From Octopus sinensis (lineage: Eukaryota): a stretch of DNA of 64,000 nt. Position numbers and translations under genes: made by a program. Position 1 is the stretch's first letter. Every line of letters begins with the position of its first letter. This document shows, in pieces, positions 35,386 through 49,466 of the stretch. Location: NCBI RefSeq assembly GCF_006345805.1, contig NC_043025.1:5580001-5644000 (forward strand), given 5' to 3'. The notes below the pieces were generated by a model that ran no database searches, was not told where the DNA came from, and saw nothing but the letters and a program-made list of their open reading frames with translations.

Positions 35386-35464
35386 AACAAATACAAACCA
35401 CAATTGGGTATGGAAACATCCGACTTTAATCAATAAATAAGGGTCTTCAGTTCACACACACTCT

Positions 35465-36060
35465 CTCTCTCTTTTACTTGTTTCAGTCATTTGACTGTGG
35501 CCATGCTGGAGCACCGCCTTTAATCGAGCAACTCGACCCCGGGACTTATTCTTTGTAAGCCCAGTACTTATTCTATCGGTCTCTTTTGCCGAACTGCTAA
35601 GTGACGGGGACATAAACACACCACCATCGGTTGTCAAGCGATGTTGGGGGGACAAACACAGACACACAAACATACACACACACATACATATATACGACGG
35701 GCTTCTTTCAGTTTCCGTCTACCAAATCCACTCACAAGGCTTTGGTCGGCCTGAGGTATACTCTTTTACTCGTTTCACTCATTTGACTGCGGCCATGCTG
35801 GAGCACCGCCTTTAATCGAGCAACTCGACCCCAGGACTTATTCTTTGTAAGTCTAGTACTTATTCTATCGGTCTCTTTTGCCAAACCACTAAGTTATGGG
35901 GATGTAAAGACACCACCATCAGTTGTCAAGCGATGTTGGGGGGACAAACACAGACACACAAATATACACACATACATATATACGACGGGCTTCCTTCAGT
36001 TTCCGTCTACCAAATCCACTCACAAGGCTTTGGTTGGTCTGAGGTATAGTAGAAGATATT
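35465..36060 (-). mobile_element. Two tandem 5'-truncated SINE family A copies
   Basis: About 295-bp duplication; both break near ggcctgaggtata. Confidence 0.8.
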
Positions 36061-36072
36061 TGAATAAAGACA

Positions 36073-36712
36073 TCATCATCATCATCATCATTTAGCATCC
36101 GCTTTCCATGCTGTCATGGGTTGGACGGTTCAACTGGGGTCTGTGAAGCTGGAAGGCTGCATCAGGCCCAGTCAGATCTGGCAGTGTTTCTACGGCTGGA
36201 TGCACTTCCTAACGCCAACCACTCCGTGAGTGTAGTGGGTGCTTTTTACGTGCCACCCGCACAAGTGCCAGACAGAGCTGGCAAACGGACACGAACGGAT
36301 GGTGCTTTTTACGTGTCACCGGCACGGGGGCCAGACGAGGCTGGCAACGGACACGAACGGATGGTGCTTTTACGTGCCACCGACATGGGGGCCAGACAGA
36401 GCTGGCAAACGGACACGAACGGATGGTGCTTTTACGTGACACCGGCACGGGGGCCGGACAAGGCTGGCAAACGGCCACGAACGGATGGTGCTTTTACGTG
36501 TCACCGGCATGGGGGCCAGACAAGGCTGGCAAACGGCCACGAATGGATGGTGCTTTTACGTGTCACCGGCACGGGGGCCAGACAAGGCTGGCAAACGGCC
36601 ACGAACGGATGGTGCTTTTACGTGTCACCGGCACGGGGGCCAGACAAGGCTGGCAAACGGACACGGTCGGATGATGCTTTTACGTGTCACCGACACGGGG
36701 TCAGACATGCAA
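36073..36712 (-). mobile_element. Family C copy with about 8 tandem 62-bp modules
   Basis: (CAT)n tail. gatggtgctttt recurs at 36298, 36360, 36422, 36484, 36546, 36608 and 36670. Confidence 0.85.
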
Positions 36713-37062
36713 GAATAATTCCTTCCCAAAAAAACGAAGTGAAAGAAAAACAATTTCTTCTAGAACTTTTCAGACACTCTTTTATTCACTTAACACACAC
36801 ACACACACATACATATGCGCACTGACAAACACACACACACACACACACTCATTCATACGCACACTGACACACACAGCTGGCCATATCCTTAATAGAAATT
36901 TGCTATTCAATTCAAAAGAATTCTTTCCAGTTCAACAGAACTTCTGAAACGTGATCCCTTGAGCCCCATTCCAGACCCCTACATAAACAACAAATATCAG
37001 AAGAGACTCTAAGATAAAATTTCAAAATATGAGAACAAACTTTTTCTGAAATAAAAATAATA

Positions 37063-38052
37063 GGCGTAGGAGTGACTGTGTGGTAAGTAGTTTGTTTACT
37101 AACCACATGGTTCCGGGTTCAGTCCCACTGCGTGGCACCTTGGGTAACTGTCTTCTGCTATAGCCTCGGGCCGACCAATGCCTTGTGAGTGGATTTGGTA
37201 GACGGAAACTGAAAGAAGCCCGTCGTATATATGTATATATATATATGTGCATGTGCGTGTGTGTGTGTGTTTGTCCCCCTAGCATTGCTTGACAACCGAT
37301 GCTGGTGTGTTTACGTCCCCGTCACTTAGCGGTTCGGCAAAAGAGACCGATAGAATAAGTACTGGGCTTACAAAGAATAAGTCCCGGGGTCGATTTGCTC
37401 GACTAAAGGTGGTGCTCCAGCATGGCCGCAGTCAAACGACTGAAACAAGTAAGCGAGTGCGGACATAACAACAGCAGCAACACACACACACACACAAAGC
37501 AGACAAAAAAGAATTCCTTCTAAAACCTTTCTATGACCAGTTTTTCTTATTCCCAAATTTTTGACATAGAATTCTTCATATTTGATAAGATGGACACACC
37601 GCAGCTGGTAACATTTCATAAAAGTCACTCAATGGCGTAGGAGTGGCTGTGTGGTAAGTAGCTTGATAACCAACCACATGGTTCCGGGTTCAGTCCCACT
37701 GCGTGGCATCTTGGGCGAGTGTCTTCTGCTATAGCCCCGGGCCAACCAATGCCTTGTGAGTGGATTTGGTAGACGGAAACTGAAAGAAGCCTGTCGTATA
37801 TATGTATATATATATGTGTGTGCGTGTATGTTTGTGTGTCTGTATTTGTCCCCTAGCATTGCTTGACAACCGATGCTGGTGTGTTTATGTCCCCGTCACT
37901 TAGTGGTTCGGCAAAAAGAGGCCGATAGAATAAGTACTGGGCTTACAAAAAGAATAAGTCCCGGGGTCAATTTGCTCGACTAAAAGGCGGTGCTCCAGCA
38001 TGGCCGCAGTCAAATGACTGAAACTAGTAAAAGAGTAAGAGTAAAAGAGAGT
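37063..38052 (+). mobile_element. Two SINE family A copies (37063-37455 and 37634-38052)
   Basis: Full heads and tails. Confidence 0.88.
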
Positions 38053-38150
38053 AATGTAACAAGTTTAAAACAATCTTGAAAAATACTCTTGTGCTGTTTC
38101 AACCTTTATTTCTAACTACACACACACACACACGTATATATACGCACATG

Positions 38151-38389
38151 TATTTTGTTGGTGCATAATTATTGTGGATTTTTTTCAACAAATTTTATTC
38201 AATAAAAAACAATAACAATATTTAACAAAAACATCTTTAAATGACGGTCTGATCGTCTGCCAAGCAAACAGGAAGCAGTAATTGAAGGAGATGGTGAATA
38301 TGCTCCAGAATAATCATTTAAAGATGTTTTTGTTATTGTTGAATAAAATTTTGTTAAAAATGTCGCAATAATTATGCACCGACCCAATA
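38151..38389 (+). mobile_element. Internally deleted mariner
   Basis: TIRs tattttgttggtgcataattattg / cgcaataattatgcaccgacccaata. Remnant [20 protein letters not shown] resembles a mariner C-terminus. Confidence 0.75.
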
Positions 38390-40099
38390 TATAAACATAT
38401 ATACATATACATGTTGTATGAGTACGTACACACACACAATATATATATATAATATATAATATATATATATATATATATAATATATATATATATATATGTA
38501 TATAGAATATATGTATATATATGTATATATATGTATGTATATATATATGTATATAATATATGTATGTATATATATATATGTATATATATATGTATATATA
38601 TGTATATATATTTATGTATATATATATGTATATATATATGTATATACATATACATATATGTATATATATGTATATGTGTATGTGTGTATGTGTATATGTG
38701 TGTATGTAAATGTATGTATATATATGTGTGTATATATATGTGTGTATATATGTGTGTGTATATATGTGTGTGTATATATGTGTGTGTACATATGTATGTA
38801 TATATATATATATATATAGGTTTGCTTGTGTCTTTGTATCTGTTAGTCACACCCTATCCCTTCCACTGGACAACCAGTGTTGGTTTGTTTACATCTCTTT
38901 GACTTAGCGGTTCAGCAAAAGATATCAACAAAATAAGTTCCCAACAAGCCCACCCCCACCCAGGTGCTGGGGTCGATTTGTTCGACTAAAACCCACCAAG
39001 GCAGTGCTCCAGCAAGGTCAGAACCTAGAAACTGGAACAAGTAAAAGAGAGGTACTTGTTTAACCATAGTTGACCTAGGGTTAAACAACAACCACAACAA
39101 CAATAATCACTAATAACTATTACTAGAGCCATAAGAACCTCTAGGTGGTCACTTGATCTGCTAGAAATAACAGCCAAAATTTCCTTCAAATGTACTTTAA
39201 TGTCTAACAAACAAGGACAGACGCACTGTATGTGTTGTGTAGGTATTTTAATAGAAAAAGGACAGACAGGATGTTCACGACTGGAACGCCTTTCATTATA
39301 GATCCTATCTATGGGGGCCGAGCTAGAGTTAGACAATACAAGACATGCGCAAGCGTGGGTGCCTCCACGTGGTTCTATAGCAACAAGAAATAGCAGCCAA
39401 ACCCCCACTTCTGTCTTTAAAAGAAGGACGTGGAGATAACGTTGTGCCACATACACACAACATTAATAAAACAAGAGGATCCTCCGTCGGTATCTACGAA
39501 GAGTATTCGAGCTGTTCGACCAACCGAACTACACCCACTCAACGAATTCACAGGTAAGTGGACGAATATACCGCAGACGTGTGTACTCGTAATATAATTC
39601 TAAAATAGAACCAGCGAGATACAACGTATATGATGACGAGGTCGGTCCGTTTTTTGAACGACAGGGACAATCCATCGGACAGGGTGGTCACGGAATTCTT
39701 GTCCACCCGAATTTATACTCGTTAAGATTTGGGGCGCGAAGACACCTTGACCGTGACGGAGCCAAGAATTCGACGATTTTATACAACAGAGGCCGGTAAT
39801 TATTCGGCCAGACTCTACCTGGGAACGACAGGACTTACCTGGTGTTAGACAGCAACACGAACAACAGCAATAAACATGAAAACGTCGAGGTTCAAGTCAA
39901 ACAATAAACAAGAAAGATTCGAAATTGCTCTGTTATGACACATCAGTGCCAAGAACGGTAACTGGCGTTGATTATATATGCTAGTTGCCTCCCTTGTAAA
40001 TATCATGCCGTGAAAAGTAGTAAACCTGGTTTTCTACGCCAAGAGTTGGACACATGCTTTGATGTGTTTGCCTGTGTACATATCTATAACAGTGTGTGT

Positions 40100-40142
40100 G
40101 TGTACTACACACACACATATACATACATATATATATATACAA

Positions 40143-40179
<37 letters not shown>

Positions 40180-40960
40180 AACATACATATACATATATAT
40201 ATACATACATATATACAAACATACCTACATACATATATACAAACATACCTACATACATATATACAAACATACCTACATACATATATACATATATACAAAC
40301 ATACCTACATACATATATACATATATACAAACATACCTACATACATATATATATATATATATACATACATATATACAAACATACCTACATACATATATAC
40401 AAACATACCTACATACATATATACAAACATACCTACATACATATATACAAACATACCTACATACATATATACATATATACAAACATACCTACATACATAT
40501 ATATATATACAAACATACCTACATACATATATATATATACAAACATACCTACATACATATATATATATATACAAACATACCTACATACATATATATACAA
40601 ACATACCTACATATATATATATATACAAACATACCTACATACATATATATATATACAAACATACCTACATACATATATATATATACAAACATACCTACAT
40701 ACATATATATATATATATAAAACATACCTACATACATATTATATATACAAACATACCTACATACATATATATATATACAAACATACCTACATACATATTA
40801 TATATATACAAACATACCTACACCTATATATATATATATACAAAACATACCTACATATATATATATATATACAAACATACCTACATATATATATATATAT
40901 ACAAAACATACCTACATAACATACATATAGTCTATATATATAATATATACAAACATACAT
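40100..40960. repeat. ACAAACATACCT(AT)n variable-length minisatellite
   Basis: Visible array of 20-30-bp units. Confidence 0.95.
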
Positions 40961-40963
40961 AAC

Positions 40964-40998
<35 letters not shown>

Positions 40999-41223
40999 GA
41001 TTATATATTTCTTTACTACCCACAAGGGGCTAAACACAGAGAGGACAAACAAGGACAGACAAAGGGATTAAGTCGATTACATCGACCCCAGTGCGCAACT
41101 GGTACTTAATTTATCGACCCCGAAAGGATGAATACACACATATTTATACACACACACACATATACACGTATATATATATATACACACATATATATATACA
41201 CATATACACACACATATATATAT

Positions 41224-41480
41224 ATCATCATCATCGTTTAACGTCCGTTTTCCGTGCTAGCACGGGTTGGACGGTTCGACCGGGGATCTGGGAAGCCAGA
41301 AGGCTGCACCAGGCTCCAGTCTGATCTGGCAGTGTTTCTACAGCTGGATGTCCTTCCTAACGCCAACCACTCCGTGAGTGTAGTGAATGCTTTTCCTGGG
41401 CCACCGGCACAGGTGCCAGGTGGGGCTGGAAGTGGCCACGATCGGTTGGTGCTTTTTACATGCCACCGGCACAAAAGCCA
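41224..41480 (-). mobile_element. Family C copy
   Basis: catcatcgtttaacgtcc...cttcctaacgccaaccactcc. Confidence 0.8.
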
Positions 41481-42249
41481 TATACATATATATATATATA
41501 TATATACACATATATAGATACACACACACACACACATAAATAATTGAGATTTCAGTTGAATCAGGTACTTAAGTTGAGGTACCAAGTCAGTCTGGCATTA
41601 TCCACACAGCTCAAAGTAAGGTGAATAAAATCAAAATAAGCAACAGGATATCAAGAAGTGATGCAGTACGACCGTTGCAAGTGGCCACATTTAATTGAAC
41701 AATGCAATCATTACGTCAATTTAAATGCAGTGACATCCTCAGCTGCACAAATAAATAAAATCTTAACCAGTTGGACACATTAATATAATTTTACTCAAAT
41801 ACTTTAACAGAGCAAGAAGATGGAAGAAATCCATGTTGTCGCTATACTACACTTCCAACAAAAGCATGAAGCCCACTGGGGCCATAGCTTGTAAAGGATT
41901 GTGGTTCATTTCTAATTTATTTGTCTTTTTATTAACTACTAAATCTAAGACTGGCATGAAGAGCAAGAGTGAGCTGACAGCTCATGGCTAGGTATGGTCA
42001 TAAATATTGTGAAGATGTTAGGAGCAGTAAAATGGGTATAAAGTAACTGTCTATAAAGGAAGCTGGGTAGGAGAAGACCCTAAATAATGATGTTAATTAC
42101 CAGTTAAAGGGGAAAGACACTAATAAAACATGATCTTAATACAGAGGAAAATTTATCATGGGGTACTATGAGTGATTGTTTATAAACAATATTGTTATGT
42201 TGTGTAAAGATAAAATTCAAGATGATCAAAATAGGTAAAATGTGTATAT

Positions 42250-42565
42250 ATCATCATCATCATCATCGTTTAACATTCGTTTTCCATGCTAGCATGGGTT
42301 GGACGGTTTTGACTGAGGGCTGGCAACCAGATGGCTGCACCAGGCTGCACTCTTGATCTGGCAGAGTCTCTACAGCTGGATGCTCTTCCTGACACCAACC
42401 ACTCCGAGAGTGTAGTGGGTGCTTTTTACGTGCCACCTGCACGGGGGCCAGTCAGGCGGCACTGGCAACGACCTCGCTCGAATCTTTTACATGTCCCACC
42501 GACACAGGTGCCCTTTTACATGCCACTGGCATGGAAGCCAGTTGGCTGCTCTGGCAACGATCACG
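42250..42565 (-). mobile_element. Family C copy
   Basis: Same tail and body as the other copies. Confidence 0.8.
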
Positions 42566-43477
42566 CTCTATTTTATTATATATATATATATTATATATAT
42601 ATATATATATATATTTGTGAAATAGAAAGATGAATAATTTTGTTGCAGATTAATCAAAAGTTTAACCGATACCTTGGTAGCAAAAATCACAGGAGAAGAC
42701 CTTGCCAACTTGCGGCCGCGCACATATAGAACAGTTCACACACACATGTTTCTAAGTAGATTTTGCCTCGCCCCATATAATACACCTAATATTCTTTAAA
42801 TAGTCAGAACTTTAGTCTCGGTCACAAAGAACATCTACGCACCCCGTGCTCTCACCCACCGGAATGACCGCTGCCTGACCTGTTAAAATCTTCAACGCAC
42901 CCACCACCCGATTTCAACATACATTGATAAACAGTTTGGCCATGGGCTCTTAGGAGCCTTGTTCGATTTGTTTTGCTGCGCCTCTGTTCTGTTTTTGTTT
43001 TTGCCAACGGATTTCCTATTTCTTCCTGAAGAGAAAGACACAATATGGTCTCCTTATTCAATCGGAATTTGGTAAATTGTGGCTTTCAAAACACGTGTAG
43101 AATGCAATAAAACGATTTCTGTTCAAACTTCGTTCGACTCCATTTCTTCAATTCACTAATAATATATATATATATATATATATTAATTTTCGACATTAAA
43201 AAGGAAAGATTACATAGAATCAGTTTAATATTCATTCATATACTTATGTACTTATTAGGTGGTTTACTCTTTTATTTGTTTCAGTCATTTGACTGCGGCC
43301 ATGCTGGAGCATCGCCTTTAGTTGAGCGAATCAACCCCAGGACTTATTCTTTGTAAGCCTAGTACTTATTCTATCAGTCTCTTTTGCCGAACCGCTAAGG
43401 TACGGGGATGTAAGCGCACTAGCATCGGTTGTCAAGCAATGTTGGGGGGACAAACACAGACACACAAACATACACAT

Positions 43478-43539
<62 letters not shown>

Positions 43540-43852
43540 GGGGTAGAAAGGGCTCCTTAGCCGTAGTGAAGGCAATCTATCTAGGGAGATAACCTTACAA
43601 TAAATCACTGGGTCGTAGCTTATAAAACTGGGTTGACGTCCAGCGGGAACAACTTTGTTCATTCAGGAGGAGGAAAGATCTTCTTTAGTACTTGGTTGTA
43701 CAATGCTTTCCAATGTGTGTAGTAGTGGCGCGCGCACACAATATTAGCCATTTGAAAAGACTATGAAAGTCTCGACCACGGTCGAACAATGATGATGATG
43801 ATGATATATATACATATACAACAGGTTTTGGTCGACCCGAGGCTATAGTAGA

Positions 43853-43886
<34 letters not shown>

Positions 43887-44289
43887 CTATATATATATAT
43901 ATACATATATATACGACGGGCTTCTTTCAGTTTCTGTCTACCAAATCCACTCAGAAGGCTTTGGTCAGCCCAAGGCTATAGTAGAAGACACTTGCCCAAG
44001 GTGCCACGCAGTGGGACTGAACCCGGAACCATGTGGTTGGTAAGCAAGCTACTTACCACACAGCCACTCCTGTGCCTTGTATATGTGTATATATATGCAT
44101 ATATACACATATACAATTATTTATACGTTTATAAGGATATAGTATAACCATCTCGCATAGATCTAAGTAGCTGAAAAATCTATTTTTAAGAAGAGTAACA
44201 ATTTTAAGGGATACGAGGTTAATAGGTAAGGGTATCAAAGTAAAAGAACAAAATAATAGGAATTTAGAGAAAGTGATAAGAAATATATA

Positions 44290-44633
44290 AAGGGGGTAAA
44301 GACCCCCTTCGGTCATGAATGACCATGGGATTGCACCTAGAAAGTTACCCTCCTAGACACAAGTCCGGGCAAGGTTGTTTATGGAAGACCAGCAGTCGCC
44401 CATGCATATAAGCCTCCCCTCTCCACGTCACCGATGTTGTCCAAGGGAAAGGCAAAGGTCGATACAGCTTGGCACCTGTGACGTCGCAACTCATTCTACA
44501 GCTGAGTGAACTGGAGCAACGTGAAATAAAGTGTCTTGCTCAAGAACACAACACGCAGCCTGGTCCGGGATTCGAGCTCACAACCTCACGATCGTAAGCT
44601 CGACACTCTAACCACTGAGCCATGCGCCTTCAC
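44290..44633 (-). mobile_element. tRNA-derived SINE family F with 14-bp TSD
   Basis: On -: TGGCTCAGTGGTTAG A box and GCTCGAATCC B box. TSD ATAAGAAATATATA at 44276-44289 and 44634-44647. Confidence 0.88.
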
Positions 44634-44807
44634 ATAAGAAATATATATACCTGACATTTAAAGAGACATTAAATTGGAGTAGGGGAGAGATAAAGGTAAC
44701 CCTAAAAAAGGAGGTAGCAGGTATAGGAGTAGTGAGAGCAACGTTGGGAGTATTCTGACCGAAGAGATCTTATAAGCTACAATGTTAAAAGTACTATTTA
44801 CATATAC

Positions 44808-45502
44808 TCTTTTACTTGTTTCAGTCATTTGACTGTGGCCATGCTGGAGCACCGCCATATACACAACAGGTTTTGGAGCACCACCATTAGTCGAGCAAAT
44901 CGACTCCGGGACTTATTCTTTGTAAGCCCAGTACTTATTCTATCATCTCTTTTGCCGAACCGCTAAGTGACGGGGGACGTAAACACACCAGCATCGGTTG
45001 TCAAGCAATGCTAGGGGGACAAACACAGACACACATACATATATATATGGAGGCGCAATGGCCCAGTGGTTAGGGCAGCGGACTCGTGGTTTCGATTCCC
45101 AGACCGGGCGTTGTGAGTGTTTATTGAGCGAAAACACCTAAAATCTCCACGAGGCTCCGGCAAGGGGTGGTGGCGATCCCTGCTGTACTCTTTCACCACT
45201 CTTTCTTCTGTTGGCCTGCTTGCTTAGCCAGCAGGGTGGCGTCATTCGAAGGCTAAAACAGGGTGAACGCATTGTGACCAGCGATGTGTAACAACATCTG
45301 ATGTCTGGTCGGTCACGTGACGTGATATATACATATATACGACAGGCTTCTTTCAGTTTCTGTCTACCAAATCCACTCACAAGGCTTTGGTCGGCCCGGG
45401 GCTATAGCAGAAGACACTTGCCCAAAATGCCACACAGAGGGACTGAACCCGGAACCATGTGGTTGGTTAGCAAGCTACTTACCACACAGCCACTCCTGCG
45501 CC
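44808..45502 (-). mobile_element. SINE family A copy with nested SINE family E
   Basis: Family A halves flank 45049-45325. Confidence 0.85.
45049..45325 (+). mobile_element. tRNA-derived SINE family E (other copies 47098-47328 and 31920-32036)
   Basis: A box TGGCCCAGTGG, B box GTTTCGATTCC, 3' end tcacgtga. Confidence 0.85.
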
Positions 45503-45906
45503 TATGATTTTATAGTTTCTATTGGTTATATAATTAGGAGACTTATTTGTATAGAAACCATTAGAAATACACATAATATGCTCAGTAGGGTAGAAGATCA
45601 CAGAAAGGAACAGCTATGGGATATCGAATTACATGGTGAATTAAATTGTATTGCATATGTTATAAGCTACATGTTATGGTATGCGGGGTGCTATATGTAA
45701 TTACTATCCCATAAAAACTTCTACATAGTTAGTCAGACTTCATCAAGTTTTTGGTAATTAAATAATTTGTTCATTGCTATAATGTTCTACCCTACTGATT
45801 GTATTATATATATTTATAATGGGTTTTATGCAAGTAAGTCTCCTAATTATATACCCACTAAAAACTATAAAATCATATATGTAATAGTACATTTCACTTC
45901 TTTTTA

Positions 45907-46790
45907 CAGCATCCACCCGGGGTGGGTTGAGCTGGCTTCATTCATCCTCAATGCTGCATCTCTCACAAAAGCCGACCAGGCCTGCCGATTTGAGGCCAAC
46001 GACCGCGTGATCTCCAACCACTCCTTATTCCAGCGGTGAACGCCGTACATATGGGGGCCTAGTTTGGGTTCCAGATCAGCCTTGACTGTCATCAGCCAGG
46101 TTTTTCGTTGTCCACCACATCGCTTTCGCCAACCCTGAAGGGGAGCTGGGGCAATTGCTTCGTAGGTTGGGTTCCAGATCAGCCGTGACTGTCAACAGCC
46201 AGGTTTTTCGTTGTTCACCACATCACTTTCGCCAACCCTGAAGGGGAGCTGGGGCAATTGCTTCGTAGGTTGGGTTCCAGATCAGCCTTGACTGTCATCA
46301 GCCAGGTTTTTCGTTGTCCACCACATCGCTTTTGCCAACCCTGAAGGGGAGCTGGGGAAATTGCTTCGTAGGTTGGGTTCCAGATCAGCCGTGACTGTCA
46401 ACAGCCAGGTTTTTCGTTGTTCACCACATCGCTTTCACCAACCCTGAAGGGGAGCTGGGGCAATTGCTTCGTAGGTTGGGTTCCAGAACAGCCTTGACTG
46501 TTATCAACCAGGTTTTTTCATTGTCTACCACATAGCTTTCACCAACCCAGAAGAGGAGCTGGGGCAATTGCTTCGTAGATGAATTCTCCTGGTTGACGAT
46601 GGAGGGCATGACCCAACCAATGCAGACGTCTCGTTAGGATGACTTGTCGGAGGGAGCTGATTCTGCACTGGTGTCGCACCGAATTGTTGGAGACAAAGTG
46701 ATGCCATCGGACACGAAGGATGTGGCGTAGACAGAGCTGATCGAAGGATTCTAGTCGCTTAATATCTTCCAACCTCATCAGCCATGACTC
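45907..46790 (-). mobile_element. RTE LINE 3' fragment with an internal 103-bp tandem amplification
   Basis: FDQLCLRHILRVRW, RRLHWLGH, KTWLITVK and NRQAWSAFVRDA on -. Unit repeated at 46071/46174/46277/46380/46483. Confidence 0.85.
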
Positions 46791-47321
46791 GCTGCTGTAA
46801 AGGAAAAGTACCTTTAACTTGCGATATATAAGATCTCTTCAGTCAGAATACCCCCAGCGTTGCTCTCACTACTCCTATACCTGCTACCTCCTTTTTTAGG
46901 GTTACCTTTATCTCTCCGCTACTCCAATTTTAATACCATGTCTCTTTAAATGTAAGTTATATATATTTCTTATCACTTTCTCTAAATTCCTATTATTTTG
47001 TTTTCTTACTTTGATACCCTTACCTATTAACCTCTTAACCCTTAAAATTGTTACTCTTCTTAAAAATAGAGATTTTTCAGCTACTTAGTTCTATGCGGTT
47101 TCGATTCCCAGACCGGGTGTTGTGAGTGTTTATTGAGCGAAAACACCTAAAAAGCTCCACGAGACTCCGGCAGGGGATGGTGATCCCTGCTGTACTCTTT
47201 CACCCACTCTTTCTGCTGTTGGCCTGCTCGCTTAGGCAGCGGGGTGGCATCATTTGAAGGCTAAAACAATGCGAACGCATTGTGACCAGTGATGTGTAAC
47301 AACATCTGATGGTCTGGCGGT

Positions 47322-47358
<37 letters not shown>

Positions 47359-47361
47359 ATG

Positions 47362-47407
<46 letters not shown>

Positions 47408-47783
47408 TACATATACCACACACACATATATATATACACACATATATACACACACATATATACACACACACATATACACACCACACATATACACACAACA
47501 CAACACACATATATATGTATATATATATATATATGTATCTCTGTGTGTGTGTGTGTATATCTCAAAGGATGAAAGGCAAAGTTGACCTCACCGGAATTTG
47601 AACTTAGAACATAAAGATAGATGAAATACCTATTTCTTTACTACCCACAAGGGGCTAAACACAGAGGGGACCAACAAGGATAGACAAACAGGATTAAGTC
47701 GATTACTTCGACCCCCAGTGCATAACTGGTACTTATTTAATTGACCCTGAAAGGATGAAAGGCAAAGTCGACCTCGGCAAAAT

Positions 47784-47883
47784 NNNNNNNNNNNNNNNNN
47801 NNNNNNNNNNNNNNNNNNNNNNNNNNNNNNNNNNNNNNNNNNNNNNNNNNNNNNNNNNNNNNNNNNNNNNNNNNNNNNNNNNN
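47784..47883. other. Assembly gap (100 N)
   Basis: N run. Confidence 1.
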
Positions 47884-47884
47884 C

Positions 47885-48400
47885 ACCTGCTAGAATAACA
47901 ACACATCTCCTCATCACACCCCACAAATGTATGTATGTACGTATGTATGCATAGGCCGATGATAAAAACCGCTACATAATAGCTTGAATTGGTGAATATA
48001 GCCGTCAAATCTTCTTCAAATCACACCCTACCGTATTCTGTATGTAGCTTGAACTGCTTAAAATAGTAGCTAATCTCCCTCAAACCACACCCTGTACATA
48101 TATATACGTGTATGAGTAGATGTGAGAAGCAAATAAAATTTCCTTCAAATCATACCCTGATGTCTTACGTATGCATCAACCAGTGAGTGTGTGTGAGAGA
48201 GAGACAGACTTCTACATGGTAGCTAGACCTGGTAGAGATGATACCTAATCTCCCTCAAATCAGACCCTTCTGTTATATTTATGCATTTAAGTGCGAGACA
48301 ACAAACGAAGCCTCTACATGGTAGCAAGAACTTGTTGAAATAGCAGCTAAATATTCAAATCGCACCCTACTGTTTACATACATTCACTCACCCACACCCA
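47885..48400. repeat. Modular repeat with a recurring aaatctccctcaaatcacaccct motif
   Basis: About 6-7 diverged occurrences. Confidence 0.6.
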
Positions 48401-48417
48401 CACACACACACGCACAC

Positions 48418-48752
48418 AAGAGGTTACTGAAAGAGTTCCAAGCATTAAGGGAACCGGCATTAAGGGAAAAGCATATTGGGAGGCCCAAGCTTCCGAGTTA
48501 TTTTTACAGGGCTTAGAAAAACTGAAGAACCACTGCAATAAATGTGTGAATCTGAAAGGGAAATATGTTGGCCTGGTTGGAAAGGTCTGGAGGCCCAGAC
48601 TTCTAGGTTCTTTTACAGAGTCTAGAAAAACTGAAGGGCCAGTGCAATAAGTGTGTGAGTCTGAGAGGGGAATATGTTAAATAAAATCATAATTAACTGA
48701 TTCTCCTGTATTTTCTTTTACCCAAAACCAAGAACTTTTCAACGCACCCTTA
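48418..48752 (+). mobile_element. Mariner remnant with duplicated C-terminal segment
   Basis: GLEKLKNHCNKCVNLKGKYV and a second diverged copy; TIR-like ends. Confidence 0.6.
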
Positions 48753-48784
48753 AGTATGTATATACATATATACATACGTATTTG

Positions 48785-48986
48785 CTCCTTTACTTGTTTC
48801 TGACATTTGACTGCGGCCATGATGGAGCACCGCCTTTTTTAGTCGAGCAAATCGACCCCAGGACTTATTCTTTGTAAGCCTAGTACTTATTCTATGGGTC
48901 TCTTATGCCGAACTGCTAAATTACAGGGATGTAAACACACCAGCATCGGTTGTTAAGCGATGTTGGGGGGACAAACAGACACACAA

Positions 48987-49039
<53 letters not shown>

Positions 49040-49385
49040 CGACAGGCTTCTTTATTGCCCACAAGGGGCTAAACATAGAAGGGACAAACAAGGACAGACA
49101 AAGGGATTAAGTCGATTATATCGACCCCAGTGTGTAACTGGTACTTATTTAATCGACCCCCGAAACGATGAAAGGCAAAGTCGACATCGGCGGAATTTGA
49201 ACTCAGAACGTAACGGCAGACGAAATACCGCTAAGCATTTTGCCCGGTGTACTAACGTTTCTCCCAGCTCGCCGGCTTCTTTCAGTTTCCGTCTACCAAG
49301 TCCACTCACAAGGCTTTGATTGGCCCGAGGCTATAGTAGAAGACACTTTGCCCGAGGTGCCACGCAGTGGGACTGAACCCAGTAC
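48785..49385 (-). mobile_element. SINE family A copy with nested SINE family B (49030-49275)
   Basis: Family A halves flank a family B copy. Confidence 0.8.
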
Positions 49386-49466
49386 CTGTGCCTATGTATG
49401 TATGTATATAAATTGTAGGGTGTGATTTGAGGGATAATTATGAATAATTATATATATATATATTAT

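Larger units (their letters stand above)
44154..47097. mobile_element. Older foldback/MITE-like palindrome (about 1.1 kb without nested insertions)
   Basis: 44154-44289 plus 44634-44800 are the reverse complement of 46805-47097; 45503-45610 is the reverse complement of 45770-45880; centre near 45665. Confidence 0.8.

Noticed and set aside
41540-42240. Possible plus-strand exons in unique AT-rich DNA
   Set aside because: Weak splice signals, short open frames and no recognisable homology.
42660-43150. Unique stretch with faint transposase or Penelope-like hints
   Set aside because: Stops in all frames and no diagnostic motif I could verify.
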